A stretch of 64,000 nt of DNA from Hypanus sabinus (lineage: Eukaryota). The stretch covers positions 57,660,001 to 57,724,000 of the forward strand of contig NC_082727.1 in assembly GCF_030144855.1 (NCBI RefSeq), given 5' to 3'. The translations under genes were made by a program, and so were the position numbers. The notes beneath the pieces are model-generated. The model was not told where the DNA came from, did no database searches, and saw only the letters and a list, made by a program, of their open reading frames with translations. Shown in pieces: positions 26,866 through 38,097 of this stretch. How positions within the stretch are numbered: the stretch's first letter is position 1; each line of letters opens with the position of its first letter.

Positions 26866-27934
26866 TCTTGTTCTTTTGTGTATTTTTGTGCAGTATCAAA
26901 TCCTAAGAAAAAACTATTTTGTTCACCTTATACTTATGTACTGGAAATGACATTAAAAGAATCTTGAATCTTGAAAAGAACCCAGATCAAGCGGTTTGGT
27001 ATAAAAGGGTTTATAAGTTTTGAGTCAAGGGAAATAATATAACACTGCAATATAAGATGGTAACTCTTGTATAATGTAAACTTGCTTCTCCGTTTGATCT
27101 ACACTGAGTATACATTTTGCCATCGGGGAAATTAATACTTTTAATGACATGAAATATGCAGGCAAAGGCCATTCATTTCCTGAATAATCGCTGCTTTCTA
27201 GGAGGCATGTAAAGAATTTGTGGTCAGGAACTGCGAAGAGAAATATCACTTTTATAAGACCAGACCAAAAGAAAACATTAAAAAAAATCTATTTCCGTTT
27301 TTAGCCACCATACTCTGGTGTTTCATGGTCAGTTCACATTTAACATTGACTTGAATTCGATAAATCATTTATCAGAAATTGCACTTTACAAAGATCGACT
27401 GCCCAGACTGTGCTGAAGTCTGGAGACCTCCAAAAGTAATACAGTTTGTTGACTTTAAGCAAAATACCTTAGAAGAATTGAGGATGTGGTTTCCTAACAG
27501 CGTTGGAAATCACTCATCTTGTTGGAGCACCATGAGTATTACAAACACAAGAGATTTTGCAGTGGGTGGAAGTTTTGAGCAAAATTCTGGAGGAACTCAG
27601 GAAGTCAGGTAGCATCAGTGGAGGGGAATAAACAGTTGATTTGAAATGTTGATTGTTTATTTCTCTCCATAGATGCTGCTTGACCATGAATATTACAGAC
27701 AATTTTTGGTCTCCTTATCTAAGGAAGAAAGCAGTGCATGAAGGGTGTGTAGTACAGATTCAGTAGACTTGTTCCAGAGTTTTCACATCATGAAATATGC
27801 ATTTATTTGAGCTTGGAAGAATAACAAGTCTGTTTGAAACTTACAAAACTCTGGGCTTCATAGTCTGGCTGAAGGGAGGATTTATCCCTGGCCAAGGACT
27901 CCAGGATTAGGGATGCAGTTTGAGACTACAGAAT

Positions 27935-28300
27935 ATCCTGGTTCCTCCAGCAGGACCACAGCCTTGTCACAGTCTGAAGGTTTGCGTGCCTCAGTGACCT
28001 GGAGAGCCATGTTGGCTGGATGGCTGGAGTCAGGGCTTTATGCTTTGGCTCTTGGTAGGGTCACCCATGCCAAACAGGTGATAGGGTAGAGGCTTGACTA
28101 AGAGTGGACTACCGGTACAGGGGGTTCAGATCAGGGCTGACAAACTTGACTGGTCACTCTACCTGGGACTGGCATAGCTGACTGTACTGAAAACTGCTAG
28201 GAAGCTACTGACATGATTAATGAAGCTCTGAAGACTGCTAGAGGTGGAGGACCTTCAATGCTGCCTTAAACATTAGTGGAATAACAGACAGTAAGTAAGG
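27935..28300 (+). mobile_element. Non-autonomous RTE (Rex3/Expander-like) derivative, family B
   Basis: GGTAGGGTCACCCATGCCAAACAGG...GACTAAGAGTGG resembles the Rex3/Expander 5' region; (AGTA)n tail. Copies at 20610-20920 (-) and 60780-61203 (+). Confidence 0.65.
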
Positions 28301-30005
28301 AAGTAACATTCTGTTTGTCTGGGATGAGAAGAAGTTTCTTCACTCGGATTGTGGACAGCCTTTAAAATTCTCTACCCGAGACAGCATGGAGGCTAAGTGG
28401 TTGATGTTATTCAGAATGGGAAGTGATAGGATTTTGGGCATAATGGGAATCAAAGTATATGGGAAAACTGTCGCTGACATATAAAGTCAGCTTACTTTTG
28501 TGTAGCAGGTCTGATGTAGATGACTGGTGGAGTAGGCTCATAGGGCCAGGAACCTTACTCTTGCACATATTTCGTATGCTGAGTGATAATAAACTGTACT
28601 CCCTATCTTCAGCTTGCATTATGCAAGTTATGGTATTGCGAACGCATCCCCTAGACAATGAATGTGAACAAAATCCTGTAGACTGGAATGTGACTTTTCT
28701 AGAAATTTATATAAAATAGAAAACATTCTTTCATGCAGTCTTACAGGTGTGACCAGCCTACACACCAACTGCAAATATCTCCTTGACATTAACCCTTTAA
28801 AACTCAGAACCCTTGAAAACTATTGCTCTACCAGAGTTACCTCTTTCAGTCAGGGTTATGTGACTCTTGAGATCAGGTTACTGTTTAGTAACCTTAGCTG
28901 GTAACTGTGGATAGATAACCATGAAGGCAGGAGATGAAGCAAAGCAATAAAATTCTAATTGAAGCTGCCTGTCGCCATACACTCCATCGGTTTACACAGG
29001 GCTTTGCTAAGGTAAAAGGGCACTGTAACTGCCCACATCATTTTATCTTTAGGCCTAGATTCAACCATCAGTAAGAACGATCTCCCTCCATCCAATCAGA
29101 TGTTCATTATTTTAAATACCTCTGACAGACATCCCCTCATCTCTCTCTTCTTTAAAGAAAACAATCCCGTCTTCTCTGATCAATCATTGTCACTGTGGTG
29201 CCTTTTTTGACTCTCACTAATGTTAATCCTATGGAACTGGAACTGAGGACACTAATCCAGTTCAGGAAGTTCACTGTTCTTTAAAGATTTTGCATGACTT
29301 TCCTGTTATCCTCTACGGACAAAAGCAAAACTTTTGTGCATGTTTTATTAACCAAATTTTCAAACAGTTTTCAGTGAGTGTACTCCTGCTGAAGGCCCCT
29401 CCCTGCACCACCTTTTGAACCTTGCTTCTCCTCATTCATCCTGCCAAAGTGCGTCGCTTCAAATTTCTCTGCATTATACATTATGTTCCATCTTGTTCCC
29501 TTTTCTGCTAGGTTGCTGCAAGCTGTCACTATCCTCTTCTTAATTCTGTGTCCTTAAACATATGCACAGTGGAATACATTGAATCACAAAACATTGCACA
29601 ATAAGCAGAACAGCACATTCCAACAGAGTACCGAACATAGATAGTTAGTTAATCATTTGTAAGCAGTTTATAATCAAGCTCTGAATTAATTGTTGTCAAA
29701 CTGTACACGTTTAACTATTAAAAACTGATTTTCAGAAGAAAAGAAAATTTGCAAAAGTTGGAACACTGAATTTGCTAAAGACCTCCAGATAACTTTACCT
29801 CCATTCTTTAAAACTTCTCTGTACAGCCAGCTTCTACTATAGACTCCTAGTCTTAATGTGCAGATACCATTACAATTACACACTTGACAAAATTTGGAGA
29901 AAGTGCTCAATATTTGTGCCAAAATACACTTAGTAAAGGGAAACTAGACCTTATAAAATCTTGTTAGGCTGCTGTTTGCAAATGAAGGAGAAATTAAAAT
30001 CTTCC

Positions 30006-30203
30006 TATGCAACTAACACAAAATACTGGAGGGATTCAGCAGGTCAGGCAGTATCTATGGAAAAGACTCAGCCCTGAAGAAAGGTGTCAGCCCGAAACAT
30101 CGACTATCTACTCGTGTCCATAGATGCTGCCTGACCTGCTAAATTCCCCCAGCATTTTGTGCATCCTGCTTTAGATTTCCAGCATCTGCAGACTGTTTTG
30201 TGT
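30006..30203 (+). mobile_element. Hammerhead-bearing short retroposon, fold-back (inverted partial copy plus full copy)
   Basis: 12-bp TSD TTAAAATCTTCC (29994-30005 and 30204-30215). Hammerhead motif at 30069-30106: CAGCC CTGAAGA AAGGTGTCAGCCC GAAA CAT C GACTA. Confidence 0.85.
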
Positions 30204-31185
30204 TTAAAATCTTCCAGTTAGTGCTTTTGGATAAAAGGAGCAGGCAATAATTTGCTATCAGTTTGTGTGATGTTTTCAAACGTGTTACTGTTCTATTCCT
30301 GAGCTACACTTTTTCCCTTTCATTACATCTAAACACTATTTACTTCCTCTTTTCCAATTTGCCCTTATTATCATGTTAATACACAAGACTTGCCCTTGCT
30401 CTTCATTACTCTGAGCCCCTTGTACTCCTCCTCCCTCTATTCCATCGGGTGGGGGGTGGTGTGGAATCTGCAGCCACACAAGCCCAGTCCTTTCCACCTT
30501 TTTCCTTAAAACAAAGGACAGCAGAACCAAAATGCTCCTCTCTCCACAGATGCTGTCTGACCTGCACAGGTCTTCCAATAATTTCAGTTTTTGTTTCAGG
30601 TATTCAGCACTAGCAGTTTGTTTTTACTTTTTTTACTCTTTAAAAAAAGAGTCTCCCTAAACTCTTTTCCAACACTAGTATAAATTTAGCCCATCTTGTA
30701 GTTATCTGTATTATCTCTGCTGTTCACTATCACATTACTCTCTGATGTTTGAAGGTATTTTTGTGTGTGATACACTGTTCAACGAATAAACCATCATAAT
30801 TTAAAATATAATTGATATACCAAAATGTCATCTTAAGAGGCATCTCTACACATCAAATTTAAATAGTAAACATATTTAATGTGTTTTGCACATTATATTT
30901 AAAGCAGCAGTTGATAGTTTTCCTGATTGGTCAAGGCATCAAAGGATATGGCGAGAAGGCAGGTATATGGGGTTGAGTGGGATCTAGATTTAACCATAAT
31001 GAAATGGTGGAAGAGATTTGATGGGCTGAATGGCCTAAATCTGCTCATATGACTTATGCTGTTATGATCTAAGCACAGTTTAGTCACATGGTTAAAGGCA
31101 AAATGTTACATTTAGATGTGCATTTTAACCTAGTTTTGATGATAGTGTTGGCTGGGAGTATCCAAAATTAGTACTGAAAATCAGT

Positions 31186-31570
31186 GGTATGTAGAAGACT
31201 GAGAGGAGATTTGATACAGGTATACAAAATTATGAGGGGTATAGATAGGGTAAATGCAAGTAGGCTTTTTTCATTGAGGTTAGGTGGGACTACAATCAGA
31301 GATCATGGGTTAAGGGTGACAGGTGAAGAGTTTAAGGGGAACATGAGGGGAAACTTCTTCACTCAGAGGGTGGTAAGAGTGTGGAATGAGCTGCCGGCAC
31401 AAGTGCAAGCTCAATTTCAATGCTGAAGAGAAGTTTGGATAGGTACCTGGATGGGAGGGGTAGGAAGGGATATTGTCCTGGTGCAGGTTGATGGGAATAG
31501 TCAGCTTAAATGGTTTGGAACAGACTAGATGGGTCAAAGGGCCTGATTCTGTGTTGTACTTTTCTATGAC
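31186..31570 (+). mobile_element. CR1 LINE 3' end
   Basis: ORF 31184-31426 RRLRGDLIQVYKIMRGIDRV...RGNFFTQRVVRVWNELP. Confidence 0.92.
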
Positions 31571-31802
31571 TAATGAACTAGAGATGTCGCACAGGAGCAC
31601 TTCAGAGAATGTCCAACAGGAGGGGTGTTTACAGCTTATGATATAATAGGACAAGAGGAATTTTATCAAAGATACCAATTTATATCTAAGCCATCTGGCA
31701 TTGAGATTTTGTGCAGCATATCGCAACTAAACATGTGTTAAATGCCAAGAAAAAATAACTGAAAGAATAAGAAATGTTAGTTATTCAAGGTTTTACACTT
31801 AC

Positions 31803-31900
31803 TTTACACAGTTACAGAAGAGTTCTTTGCACGCATTTATTTCAAGTTTTTCTTTACATTGTTGGACAATATCTTCGCTGACCTCTATATATTCTGGGGT
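31803..31900 (-). CDS. GRK5: GRK5-like kinase, internal coding exon (RH/RGS domain; equivalent to GRK5 exon 5)
   Basis: Minus strand reads ttttcag|ACC CCA...GTA AA|gtaagt. The 98 nt translate to TPEYIEVSEDIVQQCKEKLEINACKELFCNCV(K), similar to GRK5 ...EEKLLQKPCKELFSAC. Its phase-2 end joins the next exon in frame. The paralog call (GRK5 vs GRK5-like/GRK4/GRK6) is not certain. Confidence 0.88.
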
Positions 31901-32224
31901 CTGAAAACACACAGGAATTGAAGAAAATTCATCAAAATCCACTTAATCATTTTGTTGATTAAAAACCAGGAAATTATAATCAGTAGTAAAATATTTGGAA
32001 ATATCTACTATTTGAAATATTTGATATATTGATATATATTTGAAACATTTGAATAATATTTGAAAATGGGAGCATTTACAAACAAGGAAGAGATATCTTT
32101 TCTGATTCTCACACATTATGAAATACATCCTGGAATATTATCAAATGTCCATGTTAAAAAAGGCATGAAAATGTATGGAGAATGAGACAAATGAAAAATA
32201 TTACACTCAACCTTTCACTACTCG

Positions 32225-33095
32225 AGTTCAAGAGCCATGAGGAAATATTTGCAGCTCTGAGTTAGAACACACTTAGAATATTCTGTTCAGTTCTGGTTGC
32301 CACATTGTCCGATGGATGTGGAAACTTTAGAGAGGGTGCAGAGGAGATTTACCATGATATTGCCAGGATTGGACTGCATGTCCTACAAGGATAGGTTGAT
32401 CGAGCTAGGGCTTTTCTCTTTGGAGTAAAGGAGGACGAGATGTGACTTGATAGATTTGTATAAGATCATAAGAGGCACAGATTGAGTGAAGGGCCAGAGA
32501 GATTTCCCCAGGGTGGACATGGTTAATATGAAGGGTCATAAGGATTCAGGGGAGTAGATTTAGCACAGAGATGAGGAGGAACTACTTTTGCCGAAGTGTG
32601 GTGAACCTGTGGAATTCTCTGCACAATGGAGCAGTAGAGACAACCTCAGTAAATATATTTAAGATAAGGTTAGATAGATTTTTGTGTAGTGGGGGAATTA
32701 AGGGTTATGGAGAAAAGGCAGATGGGTGGAGGTGAGCCAATGGGAAGATCAACCATGATCTTATTGAATGGCGGAGCAGGTTCGATGGGCCAGCTGGCCT
32801 ATTCCTGCTCCTATTTCTTATGTTCTTATAAAGTTAAGGTGATTGGAAAAGAACAGGGGAGATGTCAGAGATAATTTTTATACACTGAGAGTGGTGGGTG
32901 CATGGAACACCCTGCCAGAGGTGGTGGTAGAGGCGGATACATTGGAGATATTCAAGGGACTCTTAGATAGGCACATGGATGATAGAAAAATCGAGAGCTA
33001 TGAGGGCGGGAAGGGTTAGATTGTTCTTGGAGTAGGTTAAAAGTTACACCATAGTGGGCTGAAGGCCTGAACTGTGCTGTAATGTTCTATGTTCT
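32225..33095 (+). mobile_element. CR1 3' fragment with a second CR1 3' end nested at ~32541-32829
   Basis: Two separate WN-x-LP plus 3' UTR segments; the outer copy resumes at ~32830. Confidence 0.82.
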
Positions 33096-33744
33096 AGCTG
33101 TTTGGGAGCAAAGTTCTGATGAAAGGTCATTGAACTAAATTTTTATATCAATACTTGCTGGGCAATAATGATCATTCCATGTAGAATTGTTTACATTTCA
33201 GTGTGGCCAGCAAGCTGAGGACCCTGGAGCTTGCTGGCTGAATAATGCTGGTGACCCCCATTCTGATCATGACGGTCAGTGGATAAACTCACGAACAATC
33301 CATTCATGAATGAAGATGAGCAATTAATTCTCTTTCTTTTAATGTCTTTAAAGCTTTTTGAATTTTTAATGATGTTCAGACAATTGTTTTATTGAATAGA
33401 TATAAAAAACAAAGGAGCTGATCAAGCAGGAAGTTGGGGCAGAGTAACCATCCCTTTATGTATTAATGGTGCTGAGGTGGAGATAGTTGAGAACCTCAAA
33501 TTCCTAGGTGTAAATCTCACCAACAATTTGCACACTAACATTTCTTCTTCTTCAGAAAGCCAAGGAAATGCAGCATGTCCCCAATAACTGACCAACTATT
33601 CAGATGCACCGTAGAAACTATCCTATCCAGATACATCTTAGCTCAGTATGGTAACTGAACTCAGGAATACACAAGATTGCAGAGTGTTAAGAACGCAGCC
33701 CAGTCCATCATGTAAAGCTGCCTCACCCACTGGCTGTAAAGCAA

Positions 33745-34140
33745 CATGACCAACTCTCCCTAGTCTCTGAAGACCGACGGGGATGCAAATTTCACCGGGC
33801 ATTGGTGCAAGTCATGGCACAAGCAAACATGAGGCATGCAAGGAAATCCCTAGAAGCGTGGTTTTCCACAAATAATTCTGTGAAGAAATGTATAGACCTT
33901 GGTACTACTTATGAGCCAAAGCAGGCAAAATTCCAGACCCCAAACTTCCCCACACAGCCCATCAGTGATGAGATTTCCTCTCCACATCACAACTAAGTTT
34001 CCGAAATGGCAACCAATCCACCGATTAATAAGTGTGCAGAGGTCAAGTATTTGGAGGACACACCACGATCAGCACATTGATGATATAGTGATGAAACGTT
34101 TGCAAGCTCGAAGAACAACACAACCCAACCATCAACCACC
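33745..34140 (+). mobile_element. Penelope-like element 3' remnant (GIY-YIG endonuclease C-terminus plus decayed hammerhead)
   Basis: ORF 33802-33996 VQVMAQANMRHARKSLEAWFSTNNSVKKCIDL is homologous to the 16.6-kb copy. 34072-34105 reads GCACATTGATGATATAGTGATGAAACGTTTGCAA. Confidence 0.75.
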
Positions 34141-35433
34141 TGTTACGTATTTTCAGAATTATTTCCTAGTAGCTAACATTACGAAGGCACCTCCCATCCT
34201 GGTAATTCTCTCTTCTCTCATCCCTCATTGGAATGAAGACACTAACGCTTGAGAACACATACCATCAGACTCAAGGACAATGTCTTTCCCACTGTTATCA
34301 GATGCTTGAATGCACTTCTCACGCACAAGAAGATGACCAATTCATCTCCCTATCTACTTCATCATGGCCCTTACACTTCACTTGTCTACCTGCATTGCAC
34401 TTTCTCTGTAACTATAACACTCTATTCTGCATTCTGTTTTTCTTTTTACTGTCTCAATGCACTTACAGTATGAATGGCATTATCTGACCGGGAATGCTTT
34501 TCACATTCTCTCTCTGTTATTTATGTGTGTAGTTTTATGATGTGGGTGATTATGGTCATCCCATTAACATGACTGTTCTTAGCAAAATTTTGTACAGAAG
34601 TGGTTTACCATTGCCTTCTTCTGGACAGTATTTTTACAAGACAGGTAACCCCAGCCATTATCAATACTCTTCAGAGATTGTCTGCCTGGCATCAGTGGTA
34701 GCATAACCAGGACTTGTGATATGCACCAGCCGTTCGTACAACCAGCCACCACCTGCTCCCATGGCTTCATGTGGCCCTGATTGGGGGGCTGAGCAGGTGC
34801 TACAACTTGCACAAGGGTGGACCTGCAGGCTAGCAGAGTGTCTTACACATCTTTTGGTAGAGACATATCTCCTCATCACTACCCAATAATAAACTAAAGT
34901 AAACCAAGATCTAAAGTTCTTGATAAGTTTGACAACAGACAAAGCTGAGACATGGCTTTTTCAGCAGCAAGAGTTGTCCATGGCTGATCTGGGTTGGCTA
35001 CGTATTGGTACTGTATTGCTTATAGCATCAGGCATTATCAAGGCCTTGACTACTTGGATTGGGATAGCTTCAGGCAGGTGAAAGATCCTGTAAAGTTTCT
35101 ACATGATTCTTGTGTAAATGAATGTGGGGGGACTGGTCTGGCCTGCCAACTCTGATACCCTCTCCACAAATGCTGTCTTATTTGACGAAGATTTATTATG
35201 TCTTCTAGTTTTATTTCTCACTATAAACCCCTTTCAAGACCAACAGAATGAATATCTCCCTTGGTAACAACATTTTAGCCTTCTTCTTTGATCTGGCCAA
35301 TTCTATAGGGCTAATTATAATTTATGACTAGTATTAATTTCACAAGTACTGATCTATTGCCATTAGAGAAACGGAAGGAAGAAATGTCTCTCCAATAGGA
35401 AGGATGGAATACCCATGGATAGGTCAGTGAAAC

Positions 35434-36105
35434 TGTGCTGTCTTTACGACAGTTATTTAGTTTATAATATTTTCGCTTAGTAATTCATTCAATAGTATTT
35501 TCTAGTTAGAATTAGGAGTGTTTAAAGTATATTCATTGCATGTAAAATATATCGGCATGCGATGACTTCACATCCGGTTTCGCCACGTCTTGTGGGAAAA
35601 CACCAGTTTGAAATTAGCGCGAGGGTGGGGGCTTTCCACGAGGCTCACCTGAGCAGAAGTAGTTTTGCAGGCATGAGAAATCACAGTGAGAGCAACGCTG
35701 TAAGTTAATAGATAATCGATATATTGAACTAAGATGTTAATGCCGATCCTGTTAGAAGTAACGACGGTAGATAATGTTTATGCTTTTGTTAGTTAAAGAG
35801 TCGCGGATAGTTTGCATGGAAGTGTATTTAAAGTAGTCAATGGAGCAGGTAAACTCTCCCTGTATACTGCACCTTAGTGTAATGTAGTTATAGTCACCTT
35901 TGCAAGTATTTACACTTGAAATGTGATATTAAGGAAGGAACAAATACTGTATCAATCTTGTATTGTTTTATCAACAGTTTTCACCATATGCTAATGTGAA
36001 GAGTGAACAGTAAACGGTTAATCTTACTGCGATCTGGTTTGCATTGGCTGTGGTTTATCCGGACGTTAAATTCGGCGTTCGTTACACCCGAAGGAGAACG
36101 TTACA
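35434..36105. mobile_element. Solo LTR (BEL/Pao- or Gypsy-type)
   Basis: TGT...ACA ends, perfect 5-bp TSD GAAAC (35429-35433 and 36106-36110), more CpG-rich than its flanks. Confidence 0.85.
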
Positions 36106-36829
36106 GAAACAATTCAGAGTTTTTTGGGTGGCTTAGACATTCTCTGCATAAATGTATTTCAAACAGCCACTGGAATCACAAATCAATTTTACTGGCTGGC
36201 CAAAGGGAATGGTTTCCATGGTAATACCATTCAATAAAGTCTGACAGAAAGTCAATGGAGAAAGTCAAAGAGCATGAATTCCTTTTAGTGGGCTATTGGA
36301 CCACATTGTACTATAATATTCCACCTCCCTCAATGTCACTGTCTCTTCTCCCCAAACATTTCTTCTGGTAACAACTACGACTACTTTTTTTGGCAAGTGT
36401 ATCACCATTCTTTTATTTTATTCTGTTTATTGAGTTCCCTTACAAATTATGCTCTAGATTTTCTTTCAAGACACCTGGGCTGAGCATAATGTACTACAGT
36501 ACCAGCCATCTGTAAGGAGTTTGTACTTCCTCCCTATGACTGTATGGGTTTCCTCCAGGTTTTCCAGTTTCTTCCCAGAGTCCAGAGACATTCCGGATGA
36601 TAAGTTAATTTGTCATTGTAAATTGTCCCGTGACTGGGACAAGGTTAAATCGAGGATTGATGAGCGGCATGCCACAAAGGGCCAGAAAGGCCTATTCCAT
36701 ACGGTATCTCAATAAATAAATAAAATGACATCTTTACAGACTACCTCATGAAAATATCACTTCTCTCTTCACTCTAGGAGTGATAACGTAAGGGTAGTCA
36801 TTCCCTGAAAGCCTGCAACATGGTAATGG

Positions 36830-37550
36830 TAAGACTCTTGGCAGTGTGGGGGATCAGAGGGATCTTGGGGTCTGAGTCCATAGGACGCTCAAAGCAGCTG
36901 TGCAGGTTAACTCTGTGGTTAAGAAGGAGTATGGTGCAATGGCCTTCATCAATCATGGAATTGAATTTAGGAGCTGAAAGGTAATGTGCAGCTATATAGG
37001 ACCCTGGTCAGACCCCACTTGGAGTACTGTGCTCAGTTCTGGTCGCCTCACTACAGGAAGGATGTGGAAACCATAGAAAGGGTGCAGGGGAGATTTACAA
37101 GGATGTTGCCTGGATTGGGGAGCATGCCTTATGAGAATAGGTTGAGTGAACTCGGCCTTTTCCCTTTGGAGCGACGGAGGATGAGAGGTGACTTGTTAGA
37201 GGTGTACAAGATGATGAGAGGCATTGACTGTGTGGATAGTCAGAGGGTTTTTCCCAAGGCTGAAATGGCTAACACGAAAGGACACAGGTTTAAGGTGTTG
37301 GGGAGTAGGTACAGAGGAGATTTCAGGGGTAAGTTTTTTACTCAGAGAGTGGTAAATGCGTGGAATGGGCTGCCAGCAACAGTGGTGGAGGTTATTATGA
37401 TAGGGTCTTTTAAGAGACTTTTGGATAGGTACATGGAGGTTAGAAAAATAGAGGGCTATGGGTACGCCTAGTAATTTCTAAGGTAGGGACATGTTCAGCA
37501 CAACTTTATGGACCGAAGGGCCTGTATTGTACTGTAGGTTTTCTATGTTT
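36830..37550 (+). mobile_element. CR1 LINE 3' fragment, well preserved
   Basis: ORF 36986-37471 LYRTLVRPHLEYCAQFWSPHYRKD...RRRMRGDLLEVYKM...FFTQRVVNAWNGLP, 161 aa uninterrupted. Confidence 0.95.
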
Positions 37551-37834
37551 AACATGTGCCCAACTGACAGCCTATGGGTCACCTCATCTTTGAATGCCCA
37601 GAACATGTGTGTTGTCTAACACACGTGTGTGGCCAGCTAGGTAACAAAGCATTAACATGTTCAGCATCTAACAAGGATCCGGCATCTTACTGCAACTCCT
37701 GGCCAAACATCTCACCAAACATTAGAGGAGGGAGCGGACGGTGCCACAGTGCCTCAGCTTAGAGATTTGAATCTTTGCATTCCGTAACAACAACAGATTT
37801 AACTCCATAAAATCAAGTTTGCTTGACTGGTATA

Positions 37835-38097
37835 TGTTGTGTTTTGTAACTTCAAAGCATGAAACTAATTCAAAGGAAGACACGGGGCCTCTGAAATGTG
37901 GGTCTACCTTCGAGTTTACTTTAAGCAAGGTGCACACCTATCACATGGTAGCATGGATGATGCATGAAATTCATGTATTTATACATATAACCTGTAATTA
38001 CTTATTTAAATGAACAAGAATGCTTAATCAAACAATGTATATAATATATATACATACAAGATGACTCAAATATTACTGGAACATCAAATACACAACA
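37835..38097. mobile_element. Probable short solo LTR
   Basis: 8-bp terminal inverted repeat TGTTGTGT/ACACAACA; flanks GTATA/GCATA (4/5 match). Confidence 0.65.

Noticed and set aside
36986-37471. 161-aa ORF as a host gene
   Set aside because: It is the CR1 ORF2 C-terminus in a 5'-truncated LINE.
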